Shown piece by piece: positions 9,069 to 16,742 of a DNA stretch of 24,515 bases (positions within the stretch are counted from its first letter, which is position 1; every line of letters begins with the position of its first letter). The translations under genes were made by a program, and so were the position numbers. The stretch is from assembly GCA_041571435.1 (NCBI GenBank), contig JBFFUI010000035.1, forward strand, positions 1 through 24,515. The letters are read 5' to 3'. Source of the DNA: Sulfurimonadaceae bacterium. GTDB lineage: Bacteria; Campylobacterota; Campylobacteria; Campylobacterales; Sulfurimonadaceae. Under the pieces are notes generated by a model, which was given only the letters and a program-made list of their open reading frames with translations, was not told the origin of the DNA and searched no databases.

Positions 9069-9683
9069 ATGGATTTTCTTTTTAATACCAATGCACAATT
9101 TTATATCGCAGCCTATCTTGTAGGCGGTATCCCTTTTGGTCTTCTGCTTGCCAAGTTCTTCGCCGGCGTCAATGTCAAAGAGGGCGGTTCCAAAAGTATC
9201 GGTGCAACCAATGTACTGCGCGTCGTAAAAGAGACCAACCCTTCACTCGCTAAAAAACTGGGGGCGGCGACACTCTTGCTTGATGCACTGAAAGGGATTG
9301 TCGTTTTACTAGTTGCAATGCTAGCAGGTATGCCGGAATCCACACTCTGGGGTGTTGCCGTCCTAGCTGTCGTCGGTCACTGTTTCAGCCCTTACCTCTG
9401 GTTTGAAGGCGGCAAAGGGATCGCAACAGGTCTGGGTGTTCTGCTGATCATGCTCCCGTTTGAGACGCTGATCGGTTTTGTGGTCTGGGGGATCATGGCC
9501 AAGACGCTTAAGATCTCATCCGTCTCGTCATTGACAGGGGTGGTCGCACTGCTGATCGCATCGTTTTTCATCCATCCGGAAATGGCACATGCACCGGTCG
9601 TGATCATCACTATTATTCTCTTTTACAAGCACATACCCAATATCGTCCGCCTGATCAAAGGCGAAGAGAAAGCGGTTGTTTAA
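9069..9683 (+). CDS. plsY: Glycerol-3-phosphate acyltransferase PlsY
   Basis: Multi-TM protein with GGIPFG, SKSIGATNVLR, DALKG, GHCFS, GGKGIAT and HIPNIVRL motifs. Confidence 0.97.
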   Translation: MDFLFNTNAQFYIAAYLVGGIPFGLLLAKFFAGVNVKEGGSKSIGATNVLRVVKETNPSLAKKLGAATLLLDALKGIVVLLVAMLAGMPESTLWGVAVLAVVGHCFSPYLWFEGGKGIATGLGVLLIMLPFETLIGFVVWGIMAKTLKISSVSSLTGVVALLIASFFIHPEMAHAPVVIITIILFYKHIPNIVRLIKGEEKAVV

Positions 9684-9686
9684 ACG

Positions 9687-10010
9687 ATGCAGATAGAGGT
9701 CAAAGATCTGGAGTTCGATACGATTATCGGGATCCTGGATTTTGAACGTACGACCAAACAGCGCGTCCGAATCAACTGCACAATACACTATACGTATGAT
9801 AAACAGTTTCTTGACTACGGTCTGGTCGCCAAACATATTGAAGATCAGATGATTGACAGAAAATTCGAGCTTATCGAAGAGGCTCTTTTAAGTCTGAAAA
9901 GCACGTTAAAACATGAGTTTCCGCTTATTTCCACCCTTTTCTTAAAAATATCTAAACCAGACATCCTCGCTAATTGCGAGGTTTCCCTCTCCGAAACCTT
10001 CGAATATTAA
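9687..10010 (+). CDS. folB: Dihydroneopterin aldolase
   Basis: 107 aa with IIGILDFER, QRVRIN, LDY, FELIE and KISKP. Sits in the plsY-folB-cosR order known from Campylobacter. Confidence 0.85.
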   Translation: MQIEVKDLEFDTIIGILDFERTTKQRVRINCTIHYTYDKQFLDYGLVAKHIEDQMIDRKFELIEEALLSLKSTLKHEFPLISTLFLKISKPDILANCEVSLSETFEY

Positions 10011-10047
10011 AGAAAATTTAAAAAATTATTAATTTAACCTAAAACTG

Positions 10048-10056
10048 TGTTATACT
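10048..10056 (+). promoter_or_regulatory. Extended -10 promoter element (TGTTATACT) for hsrA/cosR
   Basis: TGnTATACT about 33 nt upstream of the ATG, preceded by an AT-rich tract. GAGG RBS at 10080-10083. Confidence 0.7.
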
Positions 10057-10089
10057 TCCGCCCTAAAATTAATATTTATGAGGTAATGC

Positions 10090-10761
10090 ATGCGCATTCT
10101 TATCATTGAAGATGAAGTAACACTAAACAAGACTTTGGCTGAAGGCCTTAAAGAATTTGGCTACCAAAGTGATGTCGTTGAGACACTTAAAGACGGTGAA
10201 TACTACCTGGATATTCGTAACTACGACCTGGTACTGATGGACTGGATGCTCCCTGATGGCAACAGCGTTGACATCATCCCGGATATCAAAGCAAACACAC
10301 CTAAGACAAAAGTAGTCGTTCTTTCTGCCCGTGATGACAATGAAAGTGAGATCACTGCTCTTAAAGCCGGTGCAGACGATTACATCCGTAAGCCGTTTGA
10401 CTTTGACGTTCTGGTCGCACGTATCGAAGCACAACTTCGTTTTGGCGGCAGCAACATCATCGAGATCGATGATCTGATCATCAATCCTGAAGAGGAAAAA
10501 ATCGTCTATAACAACATTGAGATCGAACTTAAAGGCAAGCCTTTTGAAGTGCTGACGCACCTGGCACGTCACCGTGATCAGATCGTCTCTAAAGAGCAGC
10601 TCCTTGACGCGATCTGGGAAGAGCCGGAACTGGTTACACCTAACGTGATCGAAGTTGCGATCAACCAGATCCGACAAAAAATGGACAAACCGCTTAACAT
10701 CACAACGATCGAAACCGTTCGTCGCCGCGGTTACCGTTTCTGCTTCCCTAAAGAAGCGTAA
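10090..10761 (+). CDS. hsrA: OmpR-family homeostatic response regulator HsrA/CosR
   Basis: 223 aa REC + wHTH protein with the characteristic YYLDIRNYDLVL, KGKPFEVLTHLARHRDQIVSKEQLLDAIWEEPE.VTPNVIEVAINQIRQKMDKPL and ETVRRRGYRFC segments. D51, S79 and K101 are intact. Confidence 0.95.
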   Translation: MRILIIEDEVTLNKTLAEGLKEFGYQSDVVETLKDGEYYLDIRNYDLVLMDWMLPDGNSVDIIPDIKANTPKTKVVVLSARDDNESEITALKAGADDYIRKPFDFDVLVARIEAQLRFGGSNIIEIDDLIINPEEEKIVYNNIEIELKGKPFEVLTHLARHRDQIVSKEQLLDAIWEEPELVTPNVIEVAINQIRQKMDKPLNITTIETVRRRGYRFCFPKEA

Positions 10762-10768
10762 GCATACA

Positions 10769-10798
10769 ATGACACAAGGAACGTTGTTCCTTTGTTAT
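10769..10798 (+). terminator. Hairpin immediately after hsrA (probable terminator or processing stem)
   Basis: ATGACA-C-AAGGAAC/GTT/GTTCCTT-TGTTAT stem starting 8 nt after the stop. The U-tail is weak. Confidence 0.55.
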
Positions 10799-10870
10799 GC
10801 ATAGCCACTCCCTTATTCAAAACCTCTATCTATTAAAAATCCCTCTTTTCATCAAACGACAGCTTTATCT

Positions 10871-10879
10871 TGTTAAAAT
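10871..10879 (+). promoter_or_regulatory. Extended -10 promoter element (TGTTAAAAT) for the sensor kinase
   Basis: TGnTAAAAT about 65 nt upstream of the TTG start. Confidence 0.55.
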
Positions 10880-10944
10880 ATTGAACGTTAAAACTATTCT
10901 GATCATGCAGTTGCAACTGTATCATCAAGGGCAAGAGGATTATT

Positions 10945-12255
10945 TTGTTTTCAGATCGTAGTATTCGCAGCCGTTTTCTTGTCCAGTTGATCATCGCCAC
11001 ACTTGCCTTGATGATCACATTCTCATCGATTCTCTATCTGTTTATACAATCCTCGATTTATGATGAAAAACGCAATGAGATGATCGGCTTCGCGGAAAAC
11101 ATCTGCTCTTACAAGTCCCTTGTCGATGCCCAGGAGACCAATAACGACGCCCTCCTCGGTCTGACGGTAGAGCTGGTCAAACACGTATCGACGGAAGAGC
11201 CGATCGAGCTGCTAGAAAACACCATAAACACCCATACCGAACTTATCTTGTACTACCCTTTCAGCTTGGAAGAAGGCAGCTATATCAAGATCAGCAAAGA
11301 CATTACCCCGACTAAAAAACTTCTCCAAAAAATCCTCAACTCAATATTTATCATCAATGCTATCGGTTTTTTACTGGTTATCATCTATGCGATCATCTTT
11401 TCCAAAATGCTGATCTCTCCGATCAAGGGGCTGAACCGTCGTCTTTCCAACATGAATGAGCATATGATACGCCCGATTGTCGTACAAGAGTTGCCCGACG
11501 AGTTTGTTCCCCTGGGCGAAAGTATAAACCATCTTATCAATCGTATACAGAACTTTGTAAAGTACCAAAAAGAGCTTTTTATCGGTGCCGCACACGAGCT
11601 CAAGACGCCGCTTGCCGTCATGAAGCTCAAAAATCAGGTCACAACCATCAAAAAACGTACGCCCGAAGAGTACATCGAAGCGATTAAGATTAGCAATCAG
11701 AGTATTGATGAGATGAATGCCATTGTGGCCAGTATTCTGAACATCGGACGGCAGGAAGGTGCCCAGCTTGAAACACCGATACAGGCCGATGTTATCGATA
11801 TCCTTAGGCGCAAGGCAAACGACTTTGCTCTGCTGGCCGAATCTGAAGGAAAAGAGCTTCAGATGCATTTTCAACCTGACGCCTTTATGTGTCTTCTCCA
11901 GGAGAGTCTTCTCAACCAGATTATCCAAAATCTTTTGCAAAATGCACTCAAATTTACGCCCGAAGGGAAAAAAGTCATACTGCAGAGCAGGCTTAACGAT
12001 GAAGGGCTGTTGATTGAAGTGATCGATGAGGGGTGCGGGATCGATGATACAGTCGATCTCTTTGCACCGTTCAAACGCCAGGGTAACAAGTCCGGTGCCG
12101 GGCTCGGCCTCTTCCTTTCAAAAAGTGCGGCCGATGCCCTTGGAGCGGAGTTGACACTTGCAAACCGGGAGGATCATCTCGGGGCCGTCGCTTCACTTCT
12201 ACTGCGCTCAAAACTCCATTGTATACTGCCCTTGAAAAGATTATCTAAAAACTGA
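10945..12255 (+). CDS. Two-component sensor histidine kinase (CosS-like, probable partner of HsrA/CosR)
   Basis: Two TM helices flank a short periplasmic domain, followed by a HAMP-like linker. H-box AAHELKTPL, N-box NLLQNALKF, DEGCGI, LFAPF and GAGLGL. TTG start with AGAGGA upstream. Confidence 0.93.
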   Translation: MFSDRSIRSRFLVQLIIATLALMITFSSILYLFIQSSIYDEKRNEMIGFAENICSYKSLVDAQETNNDALLGLTVELVKHVSTEEPIELLENTINTHTELILYYPFSLEEGSYIKISKDITPTKKLLQKILNSIFIINAIGFLLVIIYAIIFSKMLISPIKGLNRRLSNMNEHMIRPIVVQELPDEFVPLGESINHLINRIQNFVKYQKELFIGAAHELKTPLAVMKLKNQVTTIKKRTPEEYIEAIKISNQSIDEMNAIVASILNIGRQEGAQLETPIQADVIDILRRKANDFALLAESEGKELQMHFQPDAFMCLLQESLLNQIIQNLLQNALKFTPEGKKVILQSRLNDEGLLIEVIDEGCGIDDTVDLFAPFKRQGNKSGAGLGLFLSKSAADALGAELTLANREDHLGAVASLLLRSKLHCILPLKRLSKN

Positions 12256-12356
12256 TATAACACCAAATTTAAACAAATTTACGATTTCAAATTACTTCAA
12301 GGTTTCTTCTGCTATAAATCGAGCTAGAAATATTTTTACGCTTGATAAGGTTTACA

Positions 12357-12611
12357 ATGGCACTTTTGATTAATGATGAATGTATTGCATGCGATGCCTG
12401 CCGTGAAGAATGTCCGACTGAGGCTATTGAAGAAGGCGACCCGATCTACATCGTCGATCCGGACCGCTGTACTGAGTGTGTTGATGTCTATGATGAACCA
12501 GCATGTATCGCTGTCTGCCCAGTAGACTGTTTTGTTCTCGATAAGGACAATGTCGAGACCATTGCCGAACTTCAATTTAAATACGCACAAATTTTAAAAG
12601 AAGAAGAGTAG
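12357..12611 (+). CDS. YfhL-type 2[4Fe-4S] ferredoxin
   Basis: CIACDACREECP and CTECV...PACIAVCPVDC motifs. Start moved to ATG 12357 (MALLINDEC), with AAGG 6 nt upstream. Confidence 0.95.
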   Translation: MALLINDECIACDACREECPTEAIEEGDPIYIVDPDRCTECVDVYDEPACIAVCPVDCFVLDKDNVETIAELQFKYAQILKEEE

Positions 12612-12746
12612 TCCTCTTCTCTCTTACCCTCTCTTAACTCCCCTTTCTCTATAATTGTCGCATCTAAAACCTATGAACTGACATCATGTTCTCTAAAGTT
12701 TTAATGATTCAAGCCAAACCTGTTGGCTTATAATAAGGTGTAACCT

Positions 12747-14216
12747 ATGGCAAAACGTACTGCAGTCATTGATATCGGTTCCAATTCCGCCCGTATGATC
12801 ATCATCGAGAAGACAAGCCGCTTTGCTTTTCATCTGCTGCATGAGGTCAAGTCCCGTGTGCGTATCGCAGAAGATGCCTATCAAAACGGCGGAGAGCTTC
12901 AAGAAGCTGCCATGAACCGTGCACTTATGGCCCTTAAAGACTTTTTACAGATCGCAGAGTCGTATGATGTCCGAAAGATGCTCTGTGTCGCAACATCAGC
13001 CGTACGCGATGCCGGCAATAAAAAGCAGTTCCTCTCCCGGGTGAAAAAAGAACTTGGTCTCAACATCAAAGTCATCAGCGGAGAGAAGGAAGCGTACCTA
13101 GGCGGGATTGCATGTGCAAATCTACTTGCCAAGCAGGATGCCATGACGCTTGATATTGGCGGCGGTTCGACAGAATACGCCTATATAGAGAATACCAAAG
13201 TGATCGATGCTGATTCATTGGACCTCGGTACAGTTCGTCTCAAGGAGCTTTTTTTTGACCAAGATGATATCGAAGGGGCCAAAACCTACATTGACACTGC
13301 ACTTGAAAAACTGCATGTTGGTGATCAAAAACATCTTATCGGTGTCGGCGGCACCTTTCGCGCATTGGCTCAGATCCTGCTGAAAGCAAAAAAACATCCG
13401 CTGCACAAATTGCACGGGTTTAGTTTTGATGCCAAAGAGCTTGTCAAGCTTGGAGAGTCGATCATTAAAGCTAAAAGTAAGTTGGAATTAAAAGAGCTCG
13501 GCGTTAAAAAAGAGCGCTATGATGTGATCAAACCTGGCACGCTTATCTTACTCCGCATCATTAAAAAAGTCGGTGCCAAGAAGATTATCTGTAGCGGCGT
13601 CGGCGTGCGTGAAGGCGTCTACCTAAGCGATCTTCTTCGCCACAACAATGACATTTTCCCTGCCAACTTCAACCCATCTCTCACCTACCTGATTGATCAG
13701 CACACACATAATGCTGCACAACGTAATCTGCGTGTTAAACTGGTCAAACGACTGTTTTCACAGTTGCAGCACGAGCTTGCACTTGATCCGGCGTTGGAAA
13801 AGCCGCTTCTGATCGCTGCAAAACTCGCCAAGATCGGTGCATCACATCACTTTTACTCATTCCAAAAACACAGTCACTACCTGACCCTGACAGCACTTGA
13901 ATACGGTTATACCCATGAAGAGATCGCACTGGTCTCCATGCTGGTACTGTACCAACATGGAAAAGGGGTGAAAAAGAGCTTTGTTGCCGAATTCGAGCCG
14001 CTTCTACCTTCTATAGAAACGCTCAATCAGCTCTCCAATATCCTGGCACTTTCAGACGCTTTACTTGCAGATCACCCCGCCAAGATCGGGTTTGAACTGG
14101 GTGTTGAAGATGGAAAGTTAATCGTCACATCGGAAAAAGAGCCTGCTTATCTGGTAAAAGAAGGCGTCAATGCGATTACCGGTAATGAAATAGAGGTTGA
14201 ATTCAAAGTAGGCTAA
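12747..14216 (+). CDS. ppx: Ppx/GppA exopolyphosphatase / pppGpp phosphohydrolase
   Basis: VIDIGSNSAR, ATSAVRDAGN, GEKEA, LDIGGGSTE, GVGGT and GVREG, plus a degenerate C-terminal HD-like domain. AAGGTG RBS. Confidence 0.93.
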   Translation: MAKRTAVIDIGSNSARMIIIEKTSRFAFHLLHEVKSRVRIAEDAYQNGGELQEAAMNRALMALKDFLQIAESYDVRKMLCVATSAVRDAGNKKQFLSRVKKELGLNIKVISGEKEAYLGGIACANLLAKQDAMTLDIGGGSTEYAYIENTKVIDADSLDLGTVRLKELFFDQDDIEGAKTYIDTALEKLHVGDQKHLIGVGGTFRALAQILLKAKKHPLHKLHGFSFDAKELVKLGESIIKAKSKLELKELGVKKERYDVIKPGTLILLRIIKKVGAKKIICSGVGVREGVYLSDLLRHNNDIFPANFNPSLTYLIDQHTHNAAQRNLRVKLVKRLFSQLQHELALDPALEKPLLIAAKLAKIGASHHFYSFQKHSHYLTLTALEYGYTHEEIALVSMLVLYQHGKGVKKSFVAEFEPLLPSIETLNQLSNILALSDALLADHPAKIGFELGVEDGKLIVTSEKEPAYLVKEGVNAITGNEIEVEFKVG

Positions 14217-14226
14217 GGCTACCTTT

Positions 14227-14274
14227 AAGAGAGTCTCTCTTGGTCCACTGAAAGGGGAGGCGCCACTAACGCCT
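14227..14274. terminator. Cluster of short hairpins between convergent ppx and bamA (possible bidirectional termination region)
   Basis: AAGAGA-GTC-TCTCTT (14227-14241), TCCACT-GAAA-GGGGA and AGGCG-CCACTAA-CGCCT (14258-14274). No long U-tracts. Confidence 0.35.
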
Positions 14275-14284
14275 GTAATGATTA

Positions 14285-16537
14285 TTAAAAACGCTGACCG
14301 ATGGTAAATTCGAAATGCGAGATCTTGTCCTTAGTATCCGGATTAACCGGGTTGGCAAACACGAGTTGCAGCGGCCCTACAGGTGAGAACCACTCTAAAC
14401 CTGCTCCGTAACCCATACGGAAGATATCAGGCACATCGCCAAGTTCGGGACGTCCCGTTCTAATCCACCCCAGGTCATAAAAGAGCGAGAAACGCATTTT
14501 CGCTTTTGGAACCAGTGGAAAACTCATCTCAATATTACTTGATGCCGTCTGCGTTGCCGATACACGGACAGCATTACCGTCTTTATCAATAATATACGGC
14601 AGCGAGTAGGACTCATATCCACGTACCGAACCGAGGCCACCCATATAAAAGCCCTCTGCCTGCGGCAAGAAACCTGTGTCTGCCGCCGCGTAATAACGGT
14701 TTTTCCAACGGAAGATCGCATCAAAGCCAAGGTAAGGTTCCAAGCCGTTGTATTTATTCAACGTCGATCGGCTCTTGAAAAAATTGGCGTCTGCGCCGAT
14801 ACCCGCTTTTTCGAACGATTGTGAAACTACCCAGCCAGAACGCGGCAGATAGTAGTCATCCGTATTGTCAAAACTGGCACTCATCGTCATGGAACTTTTG
14901 TTATAACTCTCAAAGTACTGTTCCAGCTGTGGATTGAGCACGAAATACTGCGGATCGATATCCTCGTAGCTGACAGCAGCATAGTTATAACCGAGATATC
15001 CGGTAATAAAACGGGTAAAGCGGTGTCCTGCCCCGAGGGTAACACCGTCCGAGTTGACCGTATAGTCATTATATTCATAGACCGATTTGTAGACCGAGAA
15101 GTTTCCACTGAAGTCACTGTCGTTCAAGCGCGGATTCGAGATATTAAACGAATAGTTTTTCGTACGCTGAGAGTGCTCCAGCTGGACCCCTACATTGATG
15201 CCTGAACCGAAGATATTACGGTCATTGACGCCGACGCTCAGTAAGATACCGCCGTACGAACCGTAACCACCACCCAATTGGATGTTACCCGTTGGTGCTT
15301 CTTTGATCTTGACAATAAGGTCCATCGTCTTTTCATCGATACGTTTCTCTTCGATCGTCGAACTCTCAAAATAACCGGTACGTCCCAGTGCATTTTTAGA
15401 GTCGCGTAGATCGGTCAGATTGTAGCGTTCACCTGGTCCGAGATAGAGTTCACGACGGACGATGCGATCAAGCGTACGGCCATTTCCGGCAATAATCACA
15501 TTTCTAATGTAGACTTTCTCACCGGGGATGACCCGGAATACAACCTCAACCGTTCTCTTCTCTTTGTCTTTGCGAAGGTCAGGGACCACCTGAACAAAAG
15601 CGTAACCAAGATCCGCGATCTTGGTCTTTATACGGTCGGTATCCTCACGGAATGTCTTGATATTGAAAGGCTCCTGCACCTCAAGTTCTATAATCTCGCG
15701 CAAGATAGCTTCATCGATGACTGGCTTGCTTTGTGAAAGCACAATACCGCTTACACGGTAGACATCGCCTTCGATAAACTGGTAGCTCATCTGCGCAGTA
15801 TAGGAGTCGAAATCAACCCGGACAAACGGTTCATCGATCTTGGCGTCGAGATAACCGTTCTGCATATAGATATCACGGATACGAAGTGGATCATAACCCA
15901 GCTCTGCCAGCTGCATCTTACCGTCGTTTCGGCCCCAGAACCAGCCCATCCACTGCTCTTCTTTATTGGCGGTCTGTGCTTCAAAAACATCTGCATCCAG
16001 ACCTTCATTACCGGAGTACTGCATCTCTTTGATGATGATCGTCTCACCTTCATTGACCTTGAACTCTACTGCGACACTCCCATTGTCCAGATACTCCGTC
16101 TCGATCTCAACGACAGAGTCCATCTTTCCTTCTTGAGAAAGCGCGGCAATAATACGTTTTTTGGCAGCCTGGAGACGTTTTTCATCATAAAGCGCACCTT
16201 TTTTGATCTGTAAAAGTGCGTCTTGAGCCTCTTTGTCGCTCTCTTTCCAGCCGCTCATCTTGATCTTGGAGATGATCGGTTTTTCAACGAAGTGGAACGT
16301 CAGAACACCATTCTCCTCGTCCGCCCAGATATCTGTAAAATATCCCTGTTTAAAAAAGGTCTTGATCGTCTCATCGACCTGCTTTAGATCGAGTTCGTCA
16401 CCGACCTCGACTTTAAGCATGCTCTTTGCAATGGATTCTGAGATATGGACCATACCGACAAACTTGATATCGGTGATCGTTGCCGCAAACAGCGGCAGGG
16501 ATAGTAAGAGCGCCGTAGCGGCTTTAAGAAGCTTCAT
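14285..16537 (-). CDS. bamA: Outer membrane protein assembly factor BamA
   Basis: Signal peptide, repeated POTRA-like segments (GYF/GYL/GYA helices, GNGRTLDRIVRRE), a beta-barrel with GSVRGY and WFSPVGPL, and C-terminal FEFTIGQRF. Confidence 0.97.
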   Translation of the reverse strand: MKLLKAATALLLSLPLFAATITDIKFVGMVHISESIAKSMLKVEVGDELDLKQVDETIKTFFKQGYFTDIWADEENGVLTFHFVEKPIISKIKMSGWKESDKEAQDALLQIKKGALYDEKRLQAAKKRIIAALSQEGKMDSVVEIETEYLDNGSVAVEFKVNEGETIIIKEMQYSGNEGLDADVFEAQTANKEEQWMGWFWGRNDGKMQLAELGYDPLRIRDIYMQNGYLDAKIDEPFVRVDFDSYTAQMSYQFIEGDVYRVSGIVLSQSKPVIDEAILREIIELEVQEPFNIKTFREDTDRIKTKIADLGYAFVQVVPDLRKDKEKRTVEVVFRVIPGEKVYIRNVIIAGNGRTLDRIVRRELYLGPGERYNLTDLRDSKNALGRTGYFESSTIEEKRIDEKTMDLIVKIKEAPTGNIQLGGGYGSYGGILLSVGVNDRNIFGSGINVGVQLEHSQRTKNYSFNISNPRLNDSDFSGNFSVYKSVYEYNDYTVNSDGVTLGAGHRFTRFITGYLGYNYAAVSYEDIDPQYFVLNPQLEQYFESYNKSSMTMSASFDNTDDYYLPRSGWVVSQSFEKAGIGADANFFKSRSTLNKYNGLEPYLGFDAIFRWKNRYYAAADTGFLPQAEGFYMGGLGSVRGYESYSLPYIIDKDGNAVRVSATQTASSNIEMSFPLVPKAKMRFSLFYDLGWIRTGRPELGDVPDIFRMGYGAGLEWFSPVGPLQLVFANPVNPDTKDKISHFEFTIGQRF

Positions 16538-16622
16538 CTGTATCTTTCATCAGTATCTCTAAAAAACATTCCCCTGAAGGCAGCACTTTTTAGAAACACT
16601 CATCTGTCAATTTTAGGCTGTG

Positions 16623-16631
16623 ATTTTAACA
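16623..16631 (-). promoter_or_regulatory. Extended -10 promoter element (TGTTAAAAT) for bamA
   Basis: TGnTAAAAT about 85 nt upstream of the bamA ATG, implying a leader of about 80 nt. Confidence 0.6.
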
Positions 16632-16742
16632 ATAGAAGCATTAATGCTGGGTAAATACCTACCCTGACGTAAAGATTTCTAAGATATTTGTTCAGAGGTT
16701 TCCGTTATCATTATGCACAATTTAAAAGCGCAGAGGTCAACA

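Noticed and set aside
13810..13840. HD motif of the Ppx C-terminal domain replaced (AAKLAKIG) as a sign of pseudogenisation
   Set aside because: The N-terminal catalytic motifs are intact and the ORF is full length. This domain is commonly degenerate in Ppx/GppA proteins.
16545..16607. GAUG...CUGAUGA in the bamA leader resembling a fluoride riboswitch, hammerhead core or kink-turn
   Set aside because: The fluoride-riboswitch pseudoknot pairing and the hammerhead three-stem junction cannot be formed, and the tandem G-A register does not fit the stem. Kept only as a generic hairpin.
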